From positions 155,123 to 219,122 of the forward strand of contig CALSQM010000003.1 of assembly GCA_943788515.1 (NCBI GenBank): a stretch of 64,000 bases of DNA, in the 5' to 3' direction. This document shows, in pieces, positions 9,398-19,676 of this stretch. Source of the stretch: an uncultured SAR86 cluster bacterium. GTDB taxonomy: Bacteria; Pseudomonadota; Gammaproteobacteria; Magnimaribacterales; D2472. Position numbers and translations under genes: made by a program. The notes below the pieces were generated by a model. The model was not told where the DNA came from. It saw nothing but the letters and a program-made list of their open reading frames with translations, and did not search any database. Each line of letters starts with the position of its first letter. The stretch's first letter is position 1.

Positions 9398-10811
9398 TAT
9401 TTTCTTTAATTAAAACTATTTTTGTAAGTATACTTTCTGAAATTTGAAAATTATTTTTGGTAAGCTTTAATGCAAATTCTAGTTGATTTAAAGCCTCCTC
9501 ATCTCTTCCAAGTAAAAGAAGATATTCAGCTCTACTTTGATGATAGCCAATAATATTTTTACTTGCTCTTTGGATTTCTGATAGCAATAACCATAAGTCT
9601 GGGTTGGAGTTTCTTCTTAAAATTTGATCTCGAATAATTTCTTCAGAATTAAAGTACTCACCCATTTCAAGAAGAAGTTTCGATTTTGTTACCGATAGCG
9701 GAAAATTCTTTGGTGATATTTCTAAAAATTTATTTGCTAGAAGTAGGGCATCGTCATATTTTTTTGCATCTTTTAAAATTTCAACCTTTGTTGTATTGAT
9801 AAATAAATTTTTTGGATACTTTCTTGCTAGGATATTAATTTGTTGAATGCTTTGTTTAAAGTTTCCAGAATTTTTATTAGCCAAAGAAAGCCCGTAGAGA
9901 TTTGCATCAGAGGGGTTTTCATTCTGAAGAGAAGTAAAAAATCTTAATGCATTGGCTGGTATTTTTTCATAATAAATTTTTAATCTAGACTTGATTAAAG
10001 AGTACTCTAGAGAATCTTTTTTCGTACCTATATCCGATAGGTTTTCAGCTGCGTTAAACGCATCATTAATCCTAGAAGTTGATAAAGGGTGAGTTAATAA
10101 GAATTCAGGTGGGATATCGCCTGAAAGTCTTCTTAGATCATTCATGTTTTCAAACATTTCACCCATAGACTTTGGGTTATATCCAGCTTTAATTAAATTT
10201 GTAAAACCGACTCTGTCAGCTTCTCTTTCAAACAACCTGCTATATCTTAAACTCTCACTCTGCATTATTGCAGGAGCTACAGCAATTGCTTCAGGATTGC
10301 TGCTTAGAATTGCAACCGCTATTGATGAAACCAGCAATAACGCTGAGGCTAGATTGGAATCCTGAGACTTTAAGACATTTCTTGCAAAGTGCCTTTGGCT
10401 CAAATGAGCTAGTTCATGAGATAAAACCGAAGCGAATTGCCCTTCATTATCTGCATTTAAAAACAAGCCACCATTCACTCCAATGATGCCTCCTGGAGCT
10501 GCAAAAGCATTCAAGCTGCTATCATCAATTAAAATAATATTAAAATATCTATCTTGAACTTGGCTATACTCCGAGAGTCTATATATTAATAGTTCTGTAT
10601 ATTCATAGATTAAAGGGTCAGAAATGGTCTTTGCTTGGGCATATATCTGTTTAAGGAACTCATTCCCAATTGCCTTTTCTTGATCAGAGGATACAGCACC
10701 AGAGACTCTATCTCCAAGCTCAGGAAGAGCGATATCTTTTTTCTCAAACCCTTGCCCTTGTATTGAAAAACAAAGAAAAAAAAGAATAGATAATTTAAGT
10801 AGTTTAACCAT
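9375..10811 (-). CDS. bepA: M48 metalloprotease/chaperone BepA (YfgC); ATG 10811 preferred
   Basis: LNAFAAPGG, HELAH zinc motif, EREADRVG, PEFLLTHP, C-terminal TPRs, signal peptide after M at 10811. Confidence 0.92.
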   Translation of the reverse strand: MVKLLKLSILFFLCFSIQGQGFEKKDIALPELGDRVSGAVSSDQEKAIGNEFLKQIYAQAKTISDPLIYEYTELLIYRLSEYSQVQDRYFNIILIDDSSLNAFAAPGGIIGVNGGLFLNADNEGQFASVLSHELAHLSQRHFARNVLKSQDSNLASALLLVSSIAVAILSSNPEAIAVAPAIMQSESLRYSRLFEREADRVGFTNLIKAGYNPKSMGEMFENMNDLRRLSGDIPPEFLLTHPLSTSRINDAFNAAENLSDIGTKKDSLEYSLIKSRLKIYYEKIPANALRFFTSLQNENPSDANLYGLSLANKNSGNFKQSIQQINILARKYPKNLFINTTKVEILKDAKKYDDALLLANKFLEISPKNFPLSVTKSKLLLEMGEYFNSEEIIRDQILRRNSNPDLWLLLSEIQRASKNIIGYHQSRAEYLLLLGRDEEALNQLEFALKLTKNNFQISESILTKIVLIKENINASRNL

Positions 10812-10959
10812 TTTATAAAATTTATTTTCTTGATTTGAACATAAAACTAACATAAATAATGTTTTTAGATTAATATATATTTAGTCAATATTAAGTAATT
10901 ACTTTCTATTTGACCATATTATGACCGACATAGTTCATTTGCTAACTTAAAAAAAATAT

Positions 10960-12006
10960 ATGTTTGAACAAATCAATTCTGTTTTAAAAAAAATTTTTAG
11001 AAACGAAGAAACAATAATTTTCTCTTTCACCATTATTGGTGTTTTTTTACTGATGACTTTTTTTGGCTCTGTACTAACACCATTTTTGATAAGTATTGTA
11101 GTTGCATACTTGCTTGTAGGTCTTCAAAAAAAGATAGAATCATGGAATGTGAGCACTCGAATGGCGCTTGTTATTACCTTTGCAATATTTATCATTACCG
11201 TTGCTGCTATATTAATATGGCTTTTGCCAATCTTATACATTCAACTTCAAGCCTTTGTCTCAGACGTACCAGGCTTATTCAATAGTTTCTTAGAATTTGT
11301 ATCTACCTTGCCTGCTAAGTTTCCAGATTTAGTATCATCAGATCAGATTAGTATCTTTTTTCAAGCTGTTAGTTCTGAGCTTACATCGGTAACCCAGAAT
11401 CTTGTTAAATCTTCTATTGCCGGAATACAAAGCACAATAACAATATTGCTATATGTAATTTTATTTCCAATACTTGTTTTCTTCTTTTTATTTGATAGAA
11501 AAAATATCCTTGAAGGATTATCAAAAATAATACCAGGTAAGAGGGAAATGTTTTCTAGTATTTGGTCAGAAATGGATATACAGCTTAGTAACTATGTTAG
11601 AGGGAAAACCACTGAAATATTAATTGTTGGTGTTTGCGCAGCAGTAATTTTCTCTTTAGTTGGCTTGGAGTATGCTGCATTACTTTCAGTCCTTGTGGGA
11701 CTATCAGTATTAATACCTTACATAGGAGCTTTTTTGGTTACTATTCCTGTTATTGTTATTGGCCTGCTTCAATTTGGCTTTGAAAGCGAATTTTATATTC
11801 TTATAACTCTCTATATGTTACTACAAATACTTGATGGTAATTTGTTGTCGCCAATAATTTTTTCAGACGCGGTAAAACTCCACCCTGTTATAATCATGCT
11901 CGCCGTTTTTATCTTTGGTAATATGTTTGGTTTTTGGGGCGTATTTTTTGCAATTCCAATGGCTACATTTATTAAAGCCGTTTGGAACGCTTGGCCTTCA
12001 TCCTAA
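10960..12006 (+). CDS. AI-2E family transporter (PerM/YfgO)
   Basis: NYVRGK, SVLIPYIGA, LDGNLLSPIIFSDAVKLHP, WGVFFAIP; divergent from bepA as in enterobacteria. Confidence 0.9.
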   Translation: MFEQINSVLKKIFRNEETIIFSFTIIGVFLLMTFFGSVLTPFLISIVVAYLLVGLQKKIESWNVSTRMALVITFAIFIITVAAILIWLLPILYIQLQAFVSDVPGLFNSFLEFVSTLPAKFPDLVSSDQISIFFQAVSSELTSVTQNLVKSSIAGIQSTITILLYVILFPILVFFFLFDRKNILEGLSKIIPGKREMFSSIWSEMDIQLSNYVRGKTTEILIVGVCAAVIFSLVGLEYAALLSVLVGLSVLIPYIGAFLVTIPVIVIGLLQFGFESEFYILITLYMLLQILDGNLLSPIIFSDAVKLHPVIIMLAVFIFGNMFGFWGVFFAIPMATFIKAVWNAWPSS

Positions 12007-12468
12007 ATCTTTAATAGTATTAAGCACTTCATTGACATGTCCTGTTACTTTCACTGAACGCCATTCTTTAATAATTTTTCCATCCACGCCAACTATAAAA
12101 GTGCTTCTATCAATTCCAATATATTGCCTTCCATACATTGATTTAAGCTTCATTACATCAAATGCCTTGCAAACTTTTTCATCTGGATCTGATAAAAGCT
12201 CGAATGGAAAATCTTGCTTTAATTTAAAGTTTTCATGAGATTTAATACTTTCTCGAGAAACTCCTAAAATTTCAGTATTCAACTTTTTGAAGGCTCTAAA
12301 ATTATCTCTAAAATTTTGACCTTCAGTTGTACACCCTGGAGTGCTATCTTTTGGATAAAAATATATTACTAGAATTTTTCCCAAAAAATCCTTATTGGAT
12401 AATTTTAAATTGCTAGTACATTCGGCGTTGAAGTTTGGGCATTTTTTGCCTTCAAGTTTTTTAGTCAT
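11998..12468 (-). CDS. bcp: Peroxiredoxin Bcp/PrxQ
   Basis: YFYPKDSTPGCTTE active-site motif. Confidence 0.93.
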   Translation of the reverse strand: MTKKLEGKKCPNFNAECTSNLKLSNKDFLGKILVIYFYPKDSTPGCTTEGQNFRDNFRAFKKLNTEILGVSRESIKSHENFKLKQDFPFELLSDPDEKVCKAFDVMKLKSMYGRQYIGIDRSTFIVGVDGKIIKEWRSVKVTGHVNEVLNTIKDLG

Positions 12469-12533
12469 CTTTTTCCTTATAAATTTTTAATAAAAGTAGT
12501 GTATAGTCCTATTTTTTACCGAATTTTTTTTTC

Positions 12534-13424
12534 ATGCAAGTATTACAAGGAAGTTTAGTAGCTTTAGTGACCCCAATGTTGCCTAATGGTGATGTTGACT
12601 ACTCTTGTTTAAAAAATTTAATTGATTGGCACATAGACCAAGGAACAGATGGAATAGTTTCAGTTGGAACTACTGGAGAGTCAGCTACATTGAATGTTAA
12701 AGAGCATTTAGACGTAATAGCTTTCACTATAAATCATACTAACAAAAGAATTCCAGTCATAGCAGGCACAGGAGCAAATTCAACAAGGGAAGCTATTGAT
12801 TTAACAAAAGAATCAAAACGCCTTGGAGCCGATTATGCTCTCATCGTTACCCCTTATTACAATAAACCAAATCAAAATGGTTTAATTGCTCATTATTCTG
12901 CAATAGCTGATGCGGTTGATATAGATCAAATTTTATACAATGTTCCATCTAGAACTGCTTGTGATTTATTACCTTCCTCTGTATCTGTTCTATCAAAGCA
13001 TGAAAATATCATCGGTATCAAGGAAGCCGTTGATGATGAGTCGAGAATAAAAAAATTAGTTCAAATATCTAAAAATGCAGATAGTAATTTTTCAGTTTTC
13101 TCTGGAGATGATTTAACATTTATGGATTCAATGCTATTAGGAACACATGGAGTGATATCTGTTTCTGCAAATGTCAGTCCAAAATCTCATTCTGAAATTT
13201 GTTCCGCAGTTAAAAATGGTGATTATGAAAAGGCAAAAATCTTAAATGAGCACAACCTAAACTTATATCGTTTATTGTTTGTTGAATCAAATCCAATACC
13301 TGTGAAATGGGTTTTATATAAAATGAATTTAATTAAGAATGCAATTAGACTCCCTCTTATGGAATTAGATGTAACTTTTCATGAAGAAATACTGTCAGAG
13401 ATGATAAAATTAAAATTATTATGA
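12534..13424 (+). CDS. dapA: 4-hydroxy-tetrahydrodipicolinate synthase
   Basis: GTTGESATL, TPYYNKP, LYNVPSRT, IGIKEA, ESNPIPVKW. Confidence 0.97.
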   Translation: MQVLQGSLVALVTPMLPNGDVDYSCLKNLIDWHIDQGTDGIVSVGTTGESATLNVKEHLDVIAFTINHTNKRIPVIAGTGANSTREAIDLTKESKRLGADYALIVTPYYNKPNQNGLIAHYSAIADAVDIDQILYNVPSRTACDLLPSSVSVLSKHENIIGIKEAVDDESRIKKLVQISKNADSNFSVFSGDDLTFMDSMLLGTHGVISVSANVSPKSHSEICSAVKNGDYEKAKILNEHNLNLYRLLFVESNPIPVKWVLYKMNLIKNAIRLPLMELDVTFHEEILSEMIKLKLL

Positions 13425-14401
13425 AAAAAAATTTAATATATATACTTTCACTTTTTTTAGTTACATCATGCTCGTATTTAACGGGTCCAGAGGGTTATTT
13501 CCCAACTACTGAGCATGATTTTTTAGAAGAAGTTGTTGAAACTGATATAGTTATTCCTTCTGAATTATCCTCTCCATCAAAGGAAAATCACTATCCAGTT
13601 ATTGCTATTGATAAGGAGTTAAAAAATCAAGAAGTTCCAAAGCCAAGGCAAATTTTTTCATCATCAGGCAACAGTTCTGTTCAGTTAAGAAGATTGGGTG
13701 AGTTAATGTGGATATATATAGAGACACTCCCATCTACCTCATGGCCTATTTCAAAAAGTTATTGGGAAACATCTGATTATGATGTTATCAGTACTAATCC
13801 GGATATTGGCGAAATTAAAATTAGCTTCGATGAATCTATGGAGTTTGTTATGAAAATTGAACACGGTATTAAAGAGGCATCTACTGAAATATTTTTAAAT
13901 TTAGTCAACAAAGGTGATCAAGAAATAGTTAGTAATATTGATTTAGTTCAGGCAGAGCTTGAAAATCTTGTCAATTATTTTGCTGAGTCTGTCGATAACT
14001 TTTCTGGAACATCACTTGCGGCTCAAAATTTAAATGAAATGAAAAAAGCAAATTTCTATACTGATAATGGCCAAACAGTTATTGAATTGAACCTTAATTT
14101 TGATAGAGCCTGGTCATCTGTAACCAAGGCCATGCAAGTAGCTGAAATTGTTACGAACGATAAAAATAGAAATGATGGCATATTTTATGTAAGTTACATC
14201 AAGGAAGAAGAGGGAGGGTTATTATCATTCTTTGGTCTTGGAAATAGTTCTAAAAACAATAACGCATTCAATGAAGAAGCTCAGTTTGAAGTAACAATTG
14301 TAGAAAAAAATAATAAAACTTATGTTCGAGCAAGATCAATGAATGGTAAAATTGATGAAGCAGAGCAATTACTTTCAAAAATAAACGAATCACTAAGCTA
14401 A
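13421..14401 (+). CDS. bamC: Outer-membrane assembly lipoprotein BamC (NlpB)
   Basis: Lipobox VTSC, FDRAWSSV; lies between dapA and purC. Confidence 0.8.
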   Translation: MKKNLIYILSLFLVTSCSYLTGPEGYFPTTEHDFLEEVVETDIVIPSELSSPSKENHYPVIAIDKELKNQEVPKPRQIFSSSGNSSVQLRRLGELMWIYIETLPSTSWPISKSYWETSDYDVISTNPDIGEIKISFDESMEFVMKIEHGIKEASTEIFLNLVNKGDQEIVSNIDLVQAELENLVNYFAESVDNFSGTSLAAQNLNEMKKANFYTDNGQTVIELNLNFDRAWSSVTKAMQVAEIVTNDKNRNDGIFYVSYIKEEEGGLLSFFGLGNSSKNNNAFNEEAQFEVTIVEKNNKTYVRARSMNGKIDEAEQLLSKINESLS

Positions 14402-15117
14402 TGGAAAAAATACAAGAAATAACAAAAGGTAAAGCTAAGTCTTTATATACAACCTCAAATCAAGAGCAACTGGTAATGCATTTTAGCGATGATACTTCTG
14501 CATTTGATGGAAAAAAGAAAGAAGCATTAATGGGAAAAGGCTCTGTTAACAATCAGTTTAATGCATTCATAATGGATCATTTAGAAAAAAATGGTGTAGA
14601 AACTCATCACATAGAAGTTCTTAATAATAATGATTCGTTGGTTCATAAACTTTCTATGTTTCCAATAGAGTGTGTAATTAGAAATAGAGCTTCTGGCTCA
14701 ATATGCAGAAGGCTTGGTACAGAGGATGGATTAATTCTTGAAAACCCTTTATTTGAATTTTTCCTTAAAGACGATGAGTTAGGAGATCCTTTAATCAATG
14801 ATGAGCATATTGTATCTTTTGGTTGGGCTACAAGACATCAAATTGATGAAATGAAGCTTCTTACATATAAAGTTAATACGATTCTTTCAAAGCTATTTTT
14901 AGATTCAGGTTTAATACTAGTAGATTTCAAAGTGGAATTTGGTGTTACAGGCGAAAAGATTCTTTTGGCTGATGAGTTTACTCCAGATGGATGTAGGCTA
15001 TGGGACTCAGAAACTTTAAAAAAAATGGATAAAGATAGATTTAGACAAGGTCTTGGTGATGTTGTCGAATCCTATCATCAAGTAGCTGATAGATTGGGTA
15101 TGAATATAAATACTTGA
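14401..15117 (+). CDS. purC: SAICAR synthase
   Basis: GKAKSLY, DDTSAFDG, LVDFKVEFG, DEFTPDGCRLWD, DKDRFRQ. Confidence 0.97.
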   Translation: MEKIQEITKGKAKSLYTTSNQEQLVMHFSDDTSAFDGKKKEALMGKGSVNNQFNAFIMDHLEKNGVETHHIEVLNNNDSLVHKLSMFPIECVIRNRASGSICRRLGTEDGLILENPLFEFFLKDDELGDPLINDEHIVSFGWATRHQIDEMKLLTYKVNTILSKLFLDSGLILVDFKVEFGVTGEKILLADEFTPDGCRLWDSETLKKMDKDRFRQGLGDVVESYHQVADRLGMNINT

Positions 15118-15139
15118 CTAAAATAGTCAAGTATTTATA
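15105..15139. promoter_or_regulatory. IscR type-1 operator (perfect 16-bp inverted repeat) overlapping a sigma70 promoter
   Basis: TATAAATACTTGACTA-AAA-TAGTCAAGTATTTATA matches the IscR consensus core GACTxxxxxAGTC; -35 TTGACT at 15114-15119 and -10 TATAAT at 15136-15141. Confidence 0.85.
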
Positions 15140-15147
15140 ATTCATGC

Positions 15148-15582
15148 ATGAAACTTACTACAAAAAGCAGATATGCAGTTAATGCACTCACTGAACTAAG
15201 AGCTCTTGAGTCATTTGGTCCTGTTTCTTTGTCTGATTTATCAGAAAATCAGAATATTGAACTTTCTTACCTTGAACAAATTTTTAGAAAATTAAGAATT
15301 GCAGGAATTGTAAAGAGTACAAGAGGAAGGAATGGAGGGTATATGTATGCCAAAGACCCATCAGTAATAACTATTAAAGATATTATGAATGCAGTAGAGG
15401 AAGATCTTGATGCTACTAACTGCAATGGTTCTAGTAACTGTAACAACGGAAAGAAATGTAAAACACACAATCTATGGCATGAATTAAACGAAGTTGTAGA
15501 TAATTATTTAAGTAAAATAACCATAAATAAGCTTGTGGAATCTCACGATAGCCCATATATAAGCTTAAGAGAGATAAGTTAA
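15148..15582 (+). CDS. iscR: Fe-S cluster assembly regulator IscR (Rrf2 family)
   Basis: MKLTTKSRYAV, SYLEQIF, RGRNGGY, C-x5-C-x5-C-x2-H cluster ligands. Confidence 0.95.
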   Translation: MKLTTKSRYAVNALTELRALESFGPVSLSDLSENQNIELSYLEQIFRKLRIAGIVKSTRGRNGGYMYAKDPSVITIKDIMNAVEEDLDATNCNGSSNCNNGKKCKTHNLWHELNEVVDNYLSKITINKLVESHDSPYISLREIS

Positions 15583-16803
15583 ATGAGCACACAGTCGACT
15601 ATATATTTAGATTACGCATCAACAACCCCAGTTGACCCTAGGGTTGCATCAAAAATGATGCAATATTTAACCCCAGATGGAGAGTTTGGAAATCCGGCCT
15701 CAAGATCGCATCGTTACGGATGGAAAGCTGATGATGCTGTTGAAGAAGCAAGATCTCATGTTGCAAATCTTGTAAATTGTGATCCAAGAGAAATAGTTTG
15801 GACTTCGGGGGCAACAGAAGCAGACAACCTAGCAATAAAAGGTGTTGCAAGATTCTATAAATCAAAAGGTAATCATATTATTACATCTAAAATTGAGCAT
15901 AAGGCAGTTCTTGACCCTTGCAGACAATTGGAAAGAGAGGGTTATGAGGTAACTTATTTAGACCCAAATGAGGGAGGAGTCATAACGGCTGAGGCTATTA
16001 AAAATGCTATGCAAGAAAATACAATTCTAGTATCTGTAATGCACATTAATAATGAGTTGGGTACGTTAAATAATCTAGAAGAAATTGGCAAGATCACTAG
16101 AGAAGCTGGTGCCTTTTTTCATGTAGACGCAGCCCAAAGTACTGGAAAAGTAGATATCGATCTATCAAAACTCCCAGTTGATTTAATGTCATTTTCAGCT
16201 CATAAAACCTATGGCCCAAAGGGTATAGGTGCACTTTTTGTAAGAAGAAAACCAAGAGTTAGAATCGAAGCTTTAATTCATGGTGGTGGTCATGAGAGGG
16301 GAATGAGATCTGGAACTCTTCCTACTCACCAAATTGTTGGTATGGGCGAGGCATTCAAGATTGCAAAAGAAGAAATGGAGTCTGATCATTTAAAAATTAA
16401 AGCTTATCATGAGCAATTTCTTAAAGAAGCAATGAAAATAGAACATGCATATATAAATGGGGATCTTGACAACAAGGTTCCTAATATTTTAAATATCAGC
16501 TTCAATTTTGTTGAGGGTGAATCTTTGATTATGGGACTTAAGGATATAGCAGTATCTTCTGGATCTGCATGCACATCTGCAAGTCTTGAGCCTTCATATG
16601 TTCTTAGAGCGTTAGGTAGAAAAGATGAATTAGCGCATAGCTCAATAAGATTTTCTTTCGGAAGATTTACAAGCGATGAGGATATAAAAAATACACTCTC
16701 TATTTTAAATAAAGTTGTAGATAGATTGAGAGAACTTTCTCCATTATGGGAAATGCATTTAGATGGTATAGATTTAGATACTGTTAAATGGAACACACAC
16801 TAA
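15583..16803 (+). CDS. iscS: Cysteine desulfurase
   Basis: [36 protein letters not shown]. Confidence 0.98.
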   Translation: MSTQSTIYLDYASTTPVDPRVASKMMQYLTPDGEFGNPASRSHRYGWKADDAVEEARSHVANLVNCDPREIVWTSGATEADNLAIKGVARFYKSKGNHIITSKIEHKAVLDPCRQLEREGYEVTYLDPNEGGVITAEAIKNAMQENTILVSVMHINNELGTLNNLEEIGKITREAGAFFHVDAAQSTGKVDIDLSKLPVDLMSFSAHKTYGPKGIGALFVRRKPRVRIEALIHGGGHERGMRSGTLPTHQIVGMGEAFKIAKEEMESDHLKIKAYHEQFLKEAMKIEHAYINGDLDNKVPNILNISFNFVEGESLIMGLKDIAVSSGSACTSASLEPSYVLRALGRKDELAHSSIRFSFGRFTSDEDIKNTLSILNKVVDRLRELSPLWEMHLDGIDLDTVKWNTH

Positions 16804-16816
16804 AGTAGGAGCTTTT

Positions 16817-17221
16817 ATGGCATATAGTAAAAAAGTAGTTGATAAGTTTGAGAATACTCTAGAGAACCCTCAAGCATTTAATGTAGGAAGATTTGATCCT
16901 AAAGAGGAAAATGTTGGAACTGGAATGGTTGGTGCGCCTGCCTGTGGTGATGTTATGAAACTTCAAATTAAATGCGAGCCAAAAGGAAATACTCATATTA
17001 TTAAGGATGTTAAATTTAAAACATATGGTTGTGGTTCTGCCATTGCTTCTTCAAGTGAGTTAGTAGAAATGCTTATTGGTAAGACTTTAGAAGAAGCTAA
17101 GGAAATTAAAAACAAAGAAATAGTTGATGCCTTAGAACTTCCTCCAATTAAAATTCATTGCTCAGTTTTAGCTGAAGATTCAATTAAACAAGCAATAGAA
17201 GATTACGAATCCAAGCAATAG
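16817..17221 (+). CDS. iscU: Fe-S scaffold IscU
   Basis: GAPACGDVMKLQI, FKTYGCGSAIASS, LPPIKIHCSVLAED. Confidence 0.97.
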   Translation: MAYSKKVVDKFENTLENPQAFNVGRFDPKEENVGTGMVGAPACGDVMKLQIKCEPKGNTHIIKDVKFKTYGCGSAIASSSELVEMLIGKTLEEAKEIKNKEIVDALELPPIKIHCSVLAEDSIKQAIEDYESKQ

Positions 17222-17231
17222 GTATCATTCA

Positions 17232-17573
17232 ATGGAAAATATTAATCCATCTGATTTAAATTTCTCTGATAAAGCAATTAATCATTTTCTTTCAAGTCTC
17301 AAATCAAGAGGAAAAGGGGCAGGTATTCAAATAGGTGTCAAAAAAGCTGGATGCTCAGGTTATGAATACTTCTTTGATTTTGTAGACAGCATAGATACTA
17401 AAAATATTGTTTTTGAAAAAAATGGATGCAAAATTTATGTAGATAAAACAAGTTTTGATTTTTTAAAAGGTAGTCTTGTTGACTATTCAGAGGATGGTTT
17501 AAATAAAGGAATAAAGTTTGTTAACCCCAATGCAAAGGCAGTTTGTGGATGTGGGGAAAGTTTTACAATTTAA
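17232..17573 (+). CDS. iscA: A-type Fe-S carrier IscA
   Basis: GCSGYEY and NPNAKAVCGCGESF. Confidence 0.93.
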   Translation: MENINPSDLNFSDKAINHFLSSLKSRGKGAGIQIGVKKAGCSGYEYFFDFVDSIDTKNIVFEKNGCKIYVDKTSFDFLKGSLVDYSEDGLNKGIKFVNPNAKAVCGCGESFTI

Positions 17574-17576
17574 ATA

Positions 17577-17918
17577 ATGGCTAAGATCAAAATATGGCCC
17601 CATCATGAACTTTGCCCTTATGGAGTAGAGATAGCTACTTTCCCAGGCGAGACTATATGTGAAGCAGCTCTAAGAGAAGGTATAAAGATTGAACATGCCT
17701 GCGAAATGTCATGTGCTTGCACGACTTGTCACTGCATAATCAGGAAAGGTTTCGACGCTCTAGAAGAAGCTAGTGACATTGAGGAGGATATGCTTGACAA
17801 GGCATGGGGTCTTGAACAGACATCCAGGCTAAGTTGTCAGACAATACCTCCAGCTGGTGAAAATATAGAAATTGAACTTCCAAAGTACAACATAAATATG
17901 GTTTCAGAGGATCATTAA
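17577..17918 (+). CDS. fdx: ISC-type 2Fe-2S ferredoxin
   Basis: HACEMSCACTTCH, EEDMLDKAWGL, SRLSCQ. Confidence 0.96.
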   Translation: MAKIKIWPHHELCPYGVEIATFPGETICEAALREGIKIEHACEMSCACTTCHCIIRKGFDALEEASDIEEDMLDKAWGLEQTSRLSCQTIPPAGENIEIELPKYNINMVSEDH

Positions 17919-18121
17919 TGGTCGATCTAAATTGGCATGATGTAAATGATATAGCCATTGAATTATATGATAAATTTCCTGATATCGATCCTCAATGGAT
18001 TGGATTCCCTGATTTACATTCTAAAATATGCGATTTAGATGGTTTTATTGGAGACCCAGAGCGCTCTAATGAGAAAATTTTAGAAGCTATTCAAATGTTA
18101 TGGATAGAAGAATCTCAATAA
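17918..18121 (+). CDS. iscX: Fe-S assembly protein IscX
   Basis: W.D...IAIELYDKFPDIDP and SNEKILEAIQMLWIEE. Confidence 0.93.
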   Translation: MVDLNWHDVNDIAIELYDKFPDIDPQWIGFPDLHSKICDLDGFIGDPERSNEKILEAIQMLWIEESQ

Positions 18122-18164
18122 GTCCCATATAATGGCTAAAATTTTTTTATAGGAATAAAATATC

Positions 18165-18590
18165 ATGGCAATAGAACAAACTTTATCAATCATCAAACCA
18201 GATGCTGTATCCAAAAATGTAGTGGGTAAAATCATTTCTAGGTTTGAGGATAACGGACTACATTTAGTTGCTGGTAAGCTAATTCATTTAACAGATGAAA
18301 TGGCTTCGGGCTTCTACGCGGAACATGAAGGCAGGCCTTTTTTCAACGATCTTAAAAAATTCATGACCTCTGGTCCTGTATTTGTTCAGGTCCTTGAAGG
18401 AGAGGGGGCAATACTTAAAAATAGAGAGCTTATGGGAAGCACTAACCCTCAAGAAGCTGTTACAGGAACCATTAGAGCAGATTTTGCAGTAAGCATTGAT
18501 GCAAATGCTGTACATGGATCAGATTCTGAAGAAAGCGCAATAAGAGAGATTAATTATTTTTTCAAAGATGAAGAAATAATATCTAAATAG
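18165..18590 (+). CDS. ndk: Nucleoside diphosphate kinase
   Basis: [18 protein letters not shown]. Confidence 0.98.
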   Translation: MAIEQTLSIIKPDAVSKNVVGKIISRFEDNGLHLVAGKLIHLTDEMASGFYAEHEGRPFFNDLKKFMTSGPVFVQVLEGEGAILKNRELMGSTNPQEAVTGTIRADFAVSIDANAVHGSDSEESAIREINYFFKDEEIISK

Positions 18591-18593
18591 ATT

Positions 18594-19676
18594 TTGGAAA
18601 AAAAAGAAAATCTTTTAGGTTACTCTTTAGAGACTTTAGAGGATTTTTTTAAAAGGATTGAAGAGCCAAAATTTAGAGCCAAACAGCTTCTAAAATGGAT
18701 CCACCAAAAAGGAGTTATCGAATTTGAAATGATGACTGATTTTAACAGGCCTCTTAGGGAGAGGCTTGCTGAAATTGCAGTTATTAGGCCTCCTCAAGTT
18801 GATGAAGTTCATGTTTCTCCAGAAGGAACTAAAAAATACTTAATAAAGTTGGATTCAGGCTCGATGGTTGAAATGGTTAGAATCCCTGAAAAAAAGAGGA
18901 TGACTTTATGTATCTCTTCTCAGGCCGGATGCGCACTCCAATGTACTTTTTGCGCAACAGGTGCTCAAGGTTTTGAAAAAAATCTTACAGCTGCAGAAAT
19001 AATTGGCCAAGTTTGGCTAGCAAACTTCTACGATTCCAATGATTCTAATATTACAAATGTTGTATTTATGGGAATGGGAGAACCGCTACTAAACTTTACT
19101 CCAGTTATTGAGTCAGCAAAGATAATGAAAGATCAATTAGCCTATGGGCTTTCTCGAAAAAGAATTACCATCAGCACATCTGGCATAACTCCTCAAATCG
19201 ACCAACTTACAAGTTCTATAGATGTTTCCTTAGCGATCTCTCTTCATGCGCCAATTGATTCGCTTCGCGATGAAATCGTGCCTATTAATAAAAAATACCC
19301 GATAAAAATGTTAATAAATTCATGCAAGAATTATTTATCTTTTTATGAAGGAAAAAGAAGCATAACTATAGAATATATTCTTATTGATGGTGTGAATGAC
19401 TCTCCAGAATTAGCTAGACAATTAACCAAGCTCCTTTCAAATATCTCATGTAAAATTAATTTAATTCCCTTTAATCCATTTGATGGATCTAACTACACAA
19501 GATCAAATAAAGATAATATAAATCAATTTAAAAATATTCTTATGAAAAAAGGTTTTATCACTACATTGAGAGTTACAAGAGGAGATGCAATAGATGGAGC
19601 CTGTGGGCAGCTTGTTGGAAAATTAACTAAATCAATTAAAGGTAAAAAGCTGATCAAGCATCAATCAATATCATGA
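18594..19676 (+). CDS. rlmN: Dual-specificity RNA methyltransferase RlmN
   Basis: CISSQAGCALQCTFCATG radical SAM motif, MGMGEPL, DGACGQL; TTG start. Confidence 0.97.
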   Translation: MEKKENLLGYSLETLEDFFKRIEEPKFRAKQLLKWIHQKGVIEFEMMTDFNRPLRERLAEIAVIRPPQVDEVHVSPEGTKKYLIKLDSGSMVEMVRIPEKKRMTLCISSQAGCALQCTFCATGAQGFEKNLTAAEIIGQVWLANFYDSNDSNITNVVFMGMGEPLLNFTPVIESAKIMKDQLAYGLSRKRITISTSGITPQIDQLTSSIDVSLAISLHAPIDSLRDEIVPINKKYPIKMLINSCKNYLSFYEGKRSITIEYILIDGVNDSPELARQLTKLLSNISCKINLIPFNPFDGSNYTRSNKDNINQFKNILMKKGFITTLRVTRGDAIDGACGQLVGKLTKSIKGKKLIKHQSIS

